A stretch of 63,946 nt of DNA, the filler included, from Olpidium bornovanus S191 (lineage: Eukaryota > Fungi > Olpidiomycota): NCBI GenBank assembly GCA_017911155.1. It is 31 parts of 31 records of this genome, joined end to end, with 100 filler letters (N's around TTAATTAATTAA, not from the genome) between each part and the next. Parts side by side here need not be neighbours in the genome. Positions count along the whole stretch, not along the records: positions 36,636 to 38,941 come from JAEFCI010001153.1; positions 39,042 to 40,586 come from JAEFCI010011100.1; positions 40,687 to 42,255 come from JAEFCI010011767.1; positions 42,356 to 46,046 come from JAEFCI010003881.1; positions 46,147 to 47,852 come from JAEFCI010001420.1; positions 47,953 to 49,812 come from JAEFCI010011647.1; 25 more parts are not named here. The stretch is one strand, 5' to 3'. The notes under the pieces are model-generated. The model saw only the letters and a program-made list of their open reading frames with translations. It searched no databases and was not told the DNA's origin. The translations under genes and the position numbers were made by a program. Below are positions 36,754 to 48,501 of the stretch, in pieces. The stretch's first letter is position 1. The number at the start of each line of letters is the position of its first letter.

Positions 36754-38020
36754 CGTCGTCGAATACTTTTCCCACTACGATCAGGTCTCCAAGCGACAAG
36801 GGAACTTCATCTTCGGCCTGCGGTTGGTACGGATAGATTGCCATATACTCTGCTTTTCCGTCGTCTGGAATACCCGCGATGGTTCGTCCATAACAGCCAT
36901 TCGCTTCGTCTCCGCTGTCTAAGTACGCCGTCGAAATTACGGCCAAGCGCAGAACCGTACGGTACGACAAAGATTAGAAACAGTCAAATGGATTGGAAGA
37001 CGGCCCCTCTGCATGTCATTCAAAGCAGCTTCACGACGGCTCCACTGACCGTCGTTTTCACCTTGCTCCTCAAGCTTCTGCCATATTCCGCTGCCCGAGT
37101 TGAACATCCCTCGTCCCGCCATCGGCAAGCGCAGATGGCCAGCGGCGGAGTCCTCGTAGTCAGCTTCTTCCGGATCGGCGGCGACCGGCTGAAACTGACC
37201 AGTCGGCGGAGACGGGCCCCGGAGCCGCGCGGCAGCGTACGCGGGGGCCGACAGGTTTGAAAGCTGGGAGGAGTCGCGCCTCCGTTTCGGAGACCGGCGA
37301 GGAGAAGAAAACCGGGGCGACTGCTGTCGGCCCTTCTTCGGCGCACGATCGGTCCCGCGGCCGCCGTCTACGGCTTTGCGCGAAGCAGGGGTCGTCGCCG
37401 TCAGCGCGAAGGCATCTCGGACGTAGTTGGATTCTGTCTCGAACAGCTTCCGTCGCGAGTCCTTTTTCCGCTTGCACACGTACGCCGCAACCGCCAGGAC
37501 CAAAAGCAGTGTGGCTACGGGAACGGATACCATAAGGGCCGTCAGCGACGGCCCGTCTGCCAAAGAATCCGGAACATTTGTGGCTGGGACCACCGTTGGC
37601 GGCACCAACGTGGTGGCCACTATCGGAGCCGCGCTCGTAGCAGTAATTTCGGTCCCGCATAAGCCCTGCCCCGGTAACCCTTGATATCACCAAGCAAGCA
37701 CAAAGACGTCGCGCGAGCGTAAATATCGTTTGCCGCCAAAGGACTTCTCAGAGGGACAATTGGGGGTGGGGGGGGGGGGGGGCAAACTTTGTACCGCATG
37801 TAGTCGACGGCTGCGCAGAGGAAGAAATGACCGCGACCGACGATTCCGTTGATGCCAAGTAGGAAGGCTGGGTCGAGGGTTGCGTGGCTGACGCGGAAAG
37901 CACGCTGCTAGACTCGCCCAACTCCGTGCTCAAGAACACATTCGTCGAAGACGGCGCCATGGTAGACGAGGCGACGGTTTCCGTGACGTCAGGCGTCAAC
38001 GGCGATTCGGATTGCCCCTC
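36754..38020 (-). CDS. Single-pass membrane protein: Ser/Thr-rich ectodomain, TM helix, cytoplasmic SH3 domain; partial
   Basis: S/T-rich exon, TC|GLPGQGLCG, TM LMVSVPVATLLLVLAVAAYVC-KRKK, SH3 YMAIYPYQPQAEDEVPLSLGDLIVVGKVFDDG| with donor at 36753. Confidence 0.8.
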
Positions 38021-38711
38021 CTGTCTGCGCCGTAACGCGCTTCGCTGATGGGACAGGAAGGGAGGACGGACGGCGGAGGAAGAAGGGGGGTGGGGGTGGG
38101 GGGAAGGAGGGATGAAAACCCGACGCCCACCAAGCTGAGTCGATTAAATCCACCACTGCCTGCTGACTGCCCGGCGCAGCCGCGTCAGCACCTAAACGGC
38201 GAGCGCGCGCGTCAAAGATCGGGCAAGCAAACGCGCGCACGCGGCAGGGAAGGGGGAGGTGCAGACGCCTGCGGCGCCTGGTCCGGGGGTTCTGCGGCGA
38301 CCCCGCCGGACGGCCGTGCCGCGGGGTTTTCCGGCGGCGGAGGGTGAAAGATCCGACGGGGGGGAGATCAGCAGGGCGCACGCGCGGACTCACCCGGCGA
38401 ACAACGCGAGGAGTCTCGCGGCGAAAACTAAGCTCCATCTGGGCAGAGCCGCGGGGAGGGGGAGCGCGGCGGGCGTGCACCGCACGTGGACGAAGGCGCC
38501 GTTCTCTTTCGGCGCGGGAAGCGCGGGGGCGATTTAGGGAGAGCCGCCCGGCGCGGGCGAGGTGGGGGGTGGGGGGCGGCCAGACTCTCACTCTCTCTTT
38601 TTTTCTCAGCCCGAGACCCAAAAATCCCCTTCCGGCAACCGTCCCCGGCAGCGACACCTCCTAACCCTAACTTCCCCTTGACTGCCCCGGTCTCGACACA
38701 GAGAGCGAAAA

Positions 38712-38746
<35 letters not shown>

Positions 38747-39041
38747 ACGCCCGGCCCCGCGGTTCAAAACATGTCAAAGCGATGCAGACGTCGGCCGCAC
38801 GAGGCCGCTCCCCGCCGGATGTGCGAGAAAAAACCCACAACCACGGCGCCCGCCCCGGGGTGACAAAAATCCTGCTGCGCGTGTGCGACAACACGAAGGG
38901 AAACACCTCTAGGGCACACGCCGTCGGGGACAGAAGAGGCGNNNNNNNNNNNNNNNNNNNNNNNNNNNNNNNNNNNNNNNNNNNNTTAATTAATTAANNN
39001 NNNNNNNNNNNNNNNNNNNNNNNNNNNNNNNNNNNNNNNNN

Positions 39042-39084
<43 letters not shown>

Positions 39085-39094
39085 AACGTCGACG

Positions 39095-40450
39095 ATGGAC
39101 ATCGTCCTCACCAACTTCATCGGGGGCAGACACGTGCCCCCCGCGAGCGGCGAATATCTTGATTCCTATGACCCTTCCAAGGGAACCGTCTATGGCAAGG
39201 TGCGCAAGGCGCCAACGGTTTAAAAGCTCCTCTGCGCTCTGCGCTCCCGGTTCTGACGGCCTGACCCGTTTGCGGACCGATCTCGAGGTTCCCGACTCGT
39301 CCGCGGAGGATGTAGACGCCGCCGTCAAGGCCGCCAAGGGCGCCTTCCCGGCGTGGTCGGCCACCCCGCGCGAGAAACGGTCGGCCCTGCTCATGAGGGT
39401 CGCCGACATATTGGAGTCGCGGCTCATGGAGTTTGCGCGAGCCGAGTCGCGGGACCAGGGGAAACCCGTGGGCTTCGCGTCGACCGTCGACATTCCGCGC
39501 TCTGTGAAGAACTTCCGGTTTTTCGCGTCGTATGTGCTTCACGGCACGGATGTCGCCAGCACGGTTGACGGCGTCGCCTGGAGCGTCGCTCGGAGGGAGC
39601 CCATCGGCGTCGCGGGATTAATCTCGCCGTGGAACTTGTGAGTGCTCGCGGACTGTTGAAAGCCTTGACGTTTCCATCGCAGCACTGTAAGTCTGAGCGC
39701 CCCACATCGCAACTCCCGGTGCCCGCGACAGGCCGCTGTACCTTCTGACGTGGAAAATTGCACCTTGCCTGGCCTGTACGTCTTGAGCGGAGGTTTGGAA
39801 ACACGGTCGTCAACGGTTCCCGCTAAACTCGTGCGCTGCGGATTGGCACCCAGACGGCAATTGCTGCGTTTGCAAGCCGAGCGAATTCACCAGCCTCACT
39901 GCATGGAGTGAGTCTGCGTCCGGAGCGTGAACGGTGTGACGAAGAGGAGAGAGCCGTGTCTGACTTATGTCACCCAAGTGCTTTGCGACGTGCTGAAGGA
40001 AGCTGGCATTCCAAGTGGCGTTGTGAACATGGTCTTCGGCACTGGAACGAGGACTGGAAATGCGTTAGTTTTCCACCCCGACGTCAAAATGATATCTTTT
40101 ACGGGAGGTGGGCAGGTGGTATTCGGCGTATAGTCACAAGTCGTCCCTCGGTGTCGAGCCGTGCACTCATGACCTCCCATGCCAGGCACTGTCACCGGGG
40201 CCAAAATTTCGGCGAACAGCGCGCCCTGCTTCAAAAAACTCTCGCTGGAGCTCGGTGGGAAAAACGCCAACATCGTCTTCGACGACTGCCACTACGAAAC
40301 CGCCCTGGCGACCTCCGTGCGCGCCGCTTTTGCCAACCAGGGCGAGATTTGTCTTTGCGGCTCCCGGGTCTTCGTCCAAGCTTCTGTCTACGATCGGTTT
40401 CTCAAGGATTATATCCGGCGCGCATCGGAGCTCCGCGTGGGCGACCCGTC
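39095..40450 (+). CDS. ALDH8A1: Aldehyde dehydrogenase family 8 A1-like (2-aminomuconate semialdehyde dehydrogenase), 3'-partial
   Basis: NFIGG..LDSYDPS..ESRDQGKP..DIPRSVKNFRFFA..REPIGVAGLISPWNL|PLYLLTWKIAP..KPSEFTSLTAW..ISFTGG..LSLELGGKN..FANQGEICLCGSR. Confidence 0.92.
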
Positions 40451-40702
40451 GGACCCGGACACTTTCATGAAACTAAACAAGTTTTTGTCTCTACCAATCG
40501 ATAAGCTTCCTTGTATCTCCCATAGACTTACGCTCCATTTCGCCTGGTAAGGCAGGGTTTCGGATCCGAGACCAAACAGGGGGCACNNNNNNNNNNNNNN
40601 NNNNNNNNNNNNNNNNNNNNNNNNNNNNNNTTAATTAATTAANNNNNNNNNNNNNNNNNNNNNNNNNNNNNNNNNNNNNNNNNNNNCGCGGGCGCAGGTA
40701 GC

Positions 40703-40990
40703 TTGTTGCCCGACTGCCGAACCGGCTCGCGTGCCGCACCGCTCCGCTCGTCGCGAATGATTGTGACCTGCACTGCCGTCAACGACTGCATTGACCCGCG
40801 ATGCATGTTGTGGCATACACACTCCCGGCATGCCCGCCTTGGCGAAAAAGCTGTCGCTCATGCCCAGGCCATTGCTCACTCCCGCCGCCACTGCCCACCC
40901 TGCGTTTCCGGCGCAATCGACTGCTGCCCCGCCAAATGCAACCATTGTGGCCGCATGGGTCCAAAATGTCCAAAATGCCCAAAATCGACG
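40703..40990 (+). mobile_element. Gag-like fragment with a CCCH finger and a degenerate zinc knuckle
   Basis: CTAVNDCIDPRCMLWH, then KCNHCGRMG; related to the ORF at 42356-42800. Confidence 0.45.
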
Positions 40991-41443
40991 ATACGGGGAG
41001 ATGGGGAAAGGGTGTGCGGCCGCAGCGAAAGGGGCCGGGGGGCGTTAAGCCCGGTCACGCCCGTCACGCCCTATTTTTCAGTCCCTCCCGCCCACCAGGA
41101 AAAAAAAAGGATCTGAAGTGACTGCTTTCTAATTGTCGGCAGGGGCGCCAGAACGCCCGAGGTTCGTGCTGGATGCCAATTCAACCGCGCACGGTATCGA
41201 CCGCTGCCGTCGCTCGCCTCCTCGCGCTTCTCGAGGCCTTGCCCGTGATGAAGATGTGCCTACAGTTGTTTCCCGCGCGAGCGAACACGTCCGCGACCGT
41301 CCAAAAGTGCCGCCCGGGCGCTTTCCCAACCCCAGATACCAGAATGTCCCGCACGCGTTTTCCTGCTTCTGCGGCCGCCGTCGAAGGAAGAAGGCGGTCC
41401 GCCCTCGGGAGAGCGAAGGGGGGGGGGGGGGGGGGGGGGGGGG

Positions 41444-41487
<44 letters not shown>

Positions 41488-42216
41488 GGGGTGGAGGAGA
41501 GGAAGAGTGCTGTCAAACGTTCAGACTCGCTTTCCGACGTATACAGTTGATGGGGTTATGGGAGAGGTCGCGCTTACGCGGCTGCTGCTAACCGAGAGAG
41601 GGGATTGGCGGCCAGCCGACGTTGGCCAATCACAGCATAACGTCAGCGACAGCACCATATTTGCTTTCTTTCCCCTCGCGAACGCGGCGTTGTCGCTGCA
41701 TCGGGGGTGCGGGAAGAAAGCTGCCGACGCATCCGCCGGCCGCGACCGGGGTGCCTCTGGACGCGCGCCCTGCCTCCCAAGGGAGTTACCTCGCCCCATA
41801 CAAAGGCCGCCGGTCGGCTCGCCTCACACGGTCAGGGCCAGCAGCAGGACACCCTGGTGAAGTAAGGGCCGGGGCAACACGGGACTCGGCGCATCGGCGC
41901 GCAGCTGGCGCTCGGGGGTTGCGGGAGGCCCTCGAGGAGCAGCATCAGACTCGGAGGCACCTGGTCCTGCTCGGCGCTTCGGCGGAGAGGACCTTCTCAG
42001 GCGCGCGACTTTTGCTCTCTCCCTCTCGGCTTTCCTCCGCCTGGGGCCCGTCCGGCACGGGCCCTCACGCTCCCGACGGCAAAAAAAAGGAATAAAAACC
42101 AAAAAATAATAATAATCATAATTTTCCGGTCGCAACGTGAAACGCGCCCGCGGGTTCCGGGTGAGAGAAAAACGAACCGTGTGCAAGTCGCCTTCGGCCG
42201 GGCGGGCGCGACGACC

Positions 42217-42254
<38 letters not shown>

Positions 42255-42355
42255 CNNNNNNNNNNNNNNNNNNNNNNNNNNNNNNNNNNNNNNNNNNNNT
42301 TAATTAATTAANNNNNNNNNNNNNNNNNNNNNNNNNNNNNNNNNNNNNNNNNNNN

Positions 42356-42800
42356 CCTCCGACCCGACCGTCACCGCCGCCATCAAAAGGCGATCGACTT
42401 GTGGGCCCGCGATTACCTGATGCTTGCGTTCCTGCGCGGACTTCAGGAGCGTTTTGCCCACCTGCGAGACGACCGTTCGAAACGGTGGGGCAAGTTCTGC
42501 AAGCAAATGCTTCACAGATCTGTCGACGTTCAACAGCAGTTCGCCCCTGTTTCGCTGTCTTCGTCGGTTGCACCGTCCTTCGCTTCTGTCGCCGCGCAGC
42601 CCGCTCGACCGCGCCGGCATGCGCACGTCGCCGTCGCCCCCGCCCCCGCTTCGTCGTCAAGCCAACCAGGTTGGAAGCGCTTGGTCCCGTCGGCCCGCAC
42701 GAGCAGTAACGTCCCCCACTGCTCGGCCGGTGACGCCTGCATCGACGAGAAGTGCTGCATGTGGCACCCGTCGCCGCGTTCCCGTCGACTCGCCGGCGGA
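42356..42800 (+). mobile_element. Copia-like gag fragment with a CCCH finger
   Basis: YLMLAFLRGLQERFAHLRD (FLxGLxxxFxxLR gag-like), Ala/Pro/Ser linker, CSAGDACIDEKCCMWHP. Confidence 0.5.
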
Positions 42801-42829
42801 AACGAACCACCCCCGCCTGGCGTCGCTCG

Positions 42830-42908
<79 letters not shown>

Positions 42909-43022
42909 CGCGGGGCGGTTGGCTTTCCCGCCAACCGGGCAAAAGGGAAAAAAAAAAAAAAAAAAAAAAAAGTGGGAAGAAAAAGGAGAAAGGAAAAAGA
43001 AAAAAAAAATTATTGCCCTCGT

Positions 43023-43111
<89 letters not shown>

Positions 43112-43687
43112 CCCCCCCCCCCCCCCCCCCCCCCCCACTAACCCCCCCCCCGGTTCTTGGTGGCAACGCAGAGCGAACGCAAAAAGCCCCCGAAACACTC
43201 CGCTCGTGCGCGCGCGAAAGGGGAGGGGGGGGGGAAGCTTTAAGGGGAAGACCCAGCGGGGGGGGGCCAGTCCGAATATCTCCCGGCTTCCCGGGGGGTT
43301 TTTTTTTTTCTCTGCCGCTGGCCCAGGGAATCGGGGGGCGTGGTTCCTTTCTTTCTCCCACCCGAGCGAGGGTGAGAGGGTGGAGAGGGTGGAGAGGATG
43401 AGGGTGAGGGTGTGCGGGTGCTTGTGGTGGATGGGGGTGGATCCCGCTTTGCTCTTCTTCTCTCCCGCCCAACCCCGTTTCCGTTTGGCCCTTTTAACTT
43501 CCCCCCGCCCCCACAACCCACCCCACCCACCCCACCCGCCAACCAACCACCACACCCTTTCCCACCCCGCCTCAAACTCCCGGACGGAACGACGCTTGTG
43601 GGGAGGAAGGAAAGAAACAGCGCGGTCGGGCGCGCGAGACCCCCCTCGGCCTTCCCCTCCTCGCGCGGCCCCCCCTCGTTAGGCTGC

Positions 43688-46046
43688 ATGTACGGCAGCC
43701 AGGGCGTCCCGAGAGATCCGTCCTCCTCGCTGCCGCCGGAGTCGCAGCAGCAGCAACTGCAGTCAACCCTCTCCCCGGCGACGGCGGCGGCGACGGCGGC
43801 GCTGGCGGCAGCGACGACGACGACGTTGCCGCCGCCCAGCTCCGCTTTCCCTGCCGCCCCGGATCAGGGGCAGCCGGCCCCGGTAACTGTGCTGCAGCGC
43901 GCCGACGTCGCTGGCCACTGTCACATCGCCGCCGTCAGCACACTATACCCGCGCGTCGATCCGAGGAGCGCGAGCGAGCTCAACCATACCGTCAGTAGTC
44001 CTCCGGGGCCCGAACCAGAACTACGCCACCACCGGCAAGCCATGATTCCCGGCACCAACCCGCAGGATTTCATCTCCCTGACGACCGGTCACAGTTTCGT
44101 TCTGTCGCAAGCCGCGGGCGGGTCGCCGAGCCCCGCCGTGGTGGACCTTATAGACAACTCCGGCCACGACCCAGAAAAGGTCATCGAGGTTAGCCCGAAC
44201 GGCAGATATGCCAAGGTGAGACGCAAGGGACGTCTTCTTAGGCCAACCTGAAAACGTCGCCATGCTGGGTCGCGAATCTGACGGCCGTGGTTATGCCTGT
44301 TAGTTGAACACCGTGCTTGGTAAAGGAGCTTACAAGGTCGTGTACAAGGCAATCGACCGAGAAGAGGGGTTCGAGGTTGCATGGAATTGTTTCCAGGTGT
44401 GCGCGCGCGCAACTCTCAGTGCAGCGTACTGCTTTTGTTTTGCGAGTAGTCAGCGTGACGTGCATTAACACTTCTCCCCTCCTTGCACAGACCACCAAAC
44501 AAGAATTTAATGACTTATCACAAGAAATTGAGATTTTAAAGAGAGTGCGTCACCCGAACATCATCAACTTTCACGACTGGTACGGACGGGTGGTTGGGAG
44601 CGAAGCTGTTTCAATTTATCCCCGATCGCCTATGCAAAGCCGGCGCTTGTTTTGCCGCCTTTGAGATCTGCTTCTCACTTTCCGCCTCTGGCTCGACGGA
44701 TCTTGTCGGAAAAGCTGGTACCATAATATGGAGTTCGTTTTTATTACCGAGCTCATGACGTCTGGCACACTGCGAGAGTACATCCGGAAGCTAGAGCTGC
44801 CTAACATGAAAATAATCAAGCGGTGGTCGCGGCAGATTCTCAGGGGCCTCACGTATTTGCATTCCCACGACCCGCCCATCATTCACCGGGACCTCAAGTG
44901 CGACAACATATTCATTAACGGCGCTCACGGAGAGGTGAAGATCGGGGACATGGGCACAGCAAAAATGAAGCTGGGGAAGAAGTATACCGTTATAGGTCGG
45001 TAAACTGTTGTTTGGAAACAAGGCGCCTTTTTTCCCCCGAGCATTGAAGTTGATGTCTCTGGTCTGCGTCCCCAGGGACTCCCGAGTTCATGGCACCAGA
45101 AATGTACGAGGAAAAGGGGTATAACGAGAAAGCCGACATGTACGCGTTCGGCATGTGCTTGCTCGAGATGGTTACCGGGGAGTACCCATACAACGAGTGC
45201 AAAAATGCGGCCCAGATATATAAGAAGGTCACTCAGGTGAGTGGGCCGCTGCGCCCTGCTCAGATGTCATAAACGCGTTGCTTGTTTAGCTGTTGTCGCA
45301 GAGGGGAACGCGAGCAGCTACCGTTTTCCAACTCGAGTTGTAATGTGTGGCATGGTCTGTACCAGGGTATAAAACCTGACTGTCTCGGGAAAGTTAAAGA
45401 TCCAGATGTATTCAACGTCATATGTAGTTGCATAGCGCCGGAGCATGAGCGGTAGGTACGCGCTTAGGGCGTTTGTAAAATTCCTACTGCCGCAGGCGAC
45501 TCTCTACGTAATGGCGATCGGTTGCTATTCTATCCGGTTGACCTATTCTTTGCATGCCCCGTCAAATTTGCAGGCCATCGGCGCAAGAGGTTGCGGATCA
45601 CCCGTTCCTCGCGGTCGAACCTGAGGTCGTGCTGCTTACCGTCTCGGAAGACAGAAATCACTTAAGGCTCCAGGTGGTCTTCAAAGGGATGGACAAACTG
45701 TCTGTGAAGTTTGAGTTCAACGTCGACGCGGACACGGCTGAGGAGGTTGTTACGGAAATGGTGAGTTTTAAAGGGATTGATACTCTTGATTCCTTTGTTG
45801 TTTTTTTACCTTTTTTTGATGGCATGGTGCCAAAAGCGCCCAACCTCCGTCAACGCTCGTATCGCTTAATTAGATTGAGGAGGAGGTTCTCCCCCAGCAG
45901 TTCCAGCAGTTGATTACTTTGGAGATAAACCGAATCCTGCGCGACTTGGCTAAAACGGAGGAGAAGGAGGCGATGAAAGAAGAGGCGCAACAGCAGCAGC
46001 ACACCGGTTGGACTTCGAGAACCGCGCAGACTATGACCAACATGCA
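43688..46046 (+). CDS. WNK: WNK-family Ser/Thr kinase, eight exons, 3'-partial
   Basis: GRYAK|[21 protein letters not shown]; [14 protein letters not shown]; [44 protein letters not shown]; IG|[12 protein letters not shown]; CCT-like [19 protein letters not shown]. Confidence 0.96.
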
Positions 46047-47795
46047 NNNNNNNNNNNNNNNNNNNNNNNNNNNNNNNNNNNNNNNNNNNNTTAATTAATT
46101 AANNNNNNNNNNNNNNNNNNNNNNNNNNNNNNNNNNNNNNNNNNNNCATGCGCCTTACGGTTTCGTTATGCGGGCGGGCGAGCCGCCTGTCACCAATGCC
46201 AATCGCGAGTGCTGTGGGCGGAGTTTTGTGTTCGGTGAAGGATTTTTATTTGCGTTTAATTCGAATGGGCGCAAGGGAAGGCTTTACGTAGATGGACTCC
46301 CATCGATTTTATGATTGGTCGATAAAAGACCGGGCGGCACATCAATGGAACGGTCGAGCGTGACATCTATGGGAGACAGAAGCATCGACGAGGAGGATGA
46401 GCGGTGGATCGATGGATGGCGGCGCATCGATAGGAAGGCCAAGGCGGCGTATCGATGGAACGAGGGTGCGTACACCACGCAAGCCTCCTGTCACCAACGC
46501 CAATCGCGAAACGAAACGCGAAGGGGGAAGCTATTTATGATTGGAAGATACAAAGAAGTGCGTTATCTGCGTGTTGTTGCCCACAGCTGTACAGCATTTG
46601 CTGATAACCGTTGCTTGTCCCACAGGTCAAACCGGAGCTTTCCGTTGTCAGACAAAAGCCACTGGACAGCCAAGGCGATTTGGTCACCGCGCAAACAGAA
46701 AAACATTGCCTTTCCTAAAGGGTAGGTGCAACCCGCACGCTTCTAAGTAGCAGCAAAGCAAACACACTTACATCCGTCCGCTGTAATAAAGAACTTTTAG
46801 TTGGAGTCAGTTTCGCAGCAGGGAAGAGAACAAAGGAGGACAGGTGGGGAGGAGGCTGAGCGTTGTAGATCCGCCTTGATTATAGAGGCCGTTTACGCCG
46901 TGCGATAGCCTCCAACGGCGCGCGTATTAACTGAGACGCTGAACAGCCACCTTTCACGCGAACCTCCGGGATATCGCCTGACATATCTCGCGATTGTTTC
47001 CCATCGCCTCTCACCTGCCTTTATTTACGAGCACGTCGGTAGACCATCGCCAGCGACCACCGATAAAATCCGTGCACATTGTGCTGCTCTCCAGTGACAT
47101 CACGCAGCAGTCCCAATGTTGTCGCCTGGTTCCGCCGTCGCGGAGACGCACCGTAAAGCCGACGGCGCGCGGCCTCTCGCCGGGGGCCTTCTCGGTCCCG
47201 CCCTCCAGCTTTCTCGAGGTTCTCGCCCCGCGCGCTCGCGGCGCCGTCGACCGCGGGGGCGACCAGACGTACGTCGCGCTCTCTTCCGGAGCCGCCCCCT
47301 TTTTCGCGCGCGCGCGGGGGGGGGGCGTCCGGAAGGCTCCCGGCGCCGCGGGGGTTTCCGGTGACAAGACGCCGAGCTCGCGCGCGAAGGGGGTCCAGCT
47401 TCGCGACGCGTTCGCCGAGAGCTGGATTATCAGGCGCGGAAAAGAGTTTGCCGTCGCCCCGTTTTTGCGCGGCCGGCCGGCCGGCCGGCCGGCGCGACTC
47501 CGCCGTCTGCTTTCAGGCGCCGGGCCGCGGGAGGGCCGGACGGAACCCAGACTTTTCGCGAGGCCGCCCGCAAAAAGGCAGCGGGCCCTCAAACGGTCGC
47601 GCGAGGCCGCGGAGGCCGTCGCCAAAAATCAACCCGCTTTTCCCGTCGCGCCGAGGGCGATCGGATCGATTTTTCCGCTTCGCGCGCGGCGCGGCCCCAG
47701 ATCCGCGCCGTTTCGCAGATAGCGCAGGTAGAAACGGCGCTCGACAAGCGGGTCCGACCCAGCGCTTCGAGCGCGTCGTGAAGTGCGCCCCCCAT

Positions 47796-47830
<35 letters not shown>

Positions 47831-48362
47831 GCGCCCCCACCCCCCCCCCCCCNNNNNNNNNNNNNNNNNNNNNNNNNNNNNNNNNNNNNNNNNNNNTTAA
47901 TTAATTAANNNNNNNNNNNNNNNNNNNNNNNNNNNNNNNNNNNNNNNNNNNNCATGAGAATAGTTGGCGCCCCATTATTTTTTTTTGTCCATCCCCACAA
48001 ACTGTTACCTGTACAAATCGTTCGCAATGCAGAACGCGGGCCGTCGGCAAACACTGCCGGGCGGCGGCTTTGATGCGGTACTGGGGGAAAAAAAGGCACG
48101 CGCCGATTGAATGCGCATCCTGGCCGGCCCAGTGGGGAACCCAGGTTTTAATTCCGACGCGAGAGAAAGTTTGTGCGCCGTGGCCTCCCCCCCCCCCTTT
48201 TTTTGTGTTGTTTTGTCTCTCGCAGATTTTAAAGCGCTTTCCTACCGCGTGGGCGCCCCGTACTCTTTGTCTAGGGTCGCTTTCCCTCGCCAAACCGGCA
48301 AAATAAGATTTACGCCCGTCTCCGGTCCTTCGCCCCATCCCCCGTCCTTGCACATTTTTTTT

Positions 48363-48501
48363 CATGGCCACGGCTGTTTGTTTCACGGAATCTCTCATCG
48401 TCACGGCTGTTTGTTTCACGGAATCTCTCATCGTCACGGCTGTTTGTCTCACGGAATCTCTCATCGTCACGGCTGTTTGTTTCACGGAATCTCTCATCGT
48501 C
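48363..48501. repeat. 33-bp tandem repeat, about 4.2 copies (CATCGTCACGGCTGTTTGTTTCACGGAATCTCT)
   Basis: Seen directly; in frame on both strands. Confidence 0.95.

Noticed and set aside
42399-43682. 427-aa and other long poly-Pro/Gly/Lys/Phe ORFs in the ORF track
   Set aside because: They are produced by homopolymer tracts and GC-rich stop-poor sequence; only the first ~130 codons here look coding.
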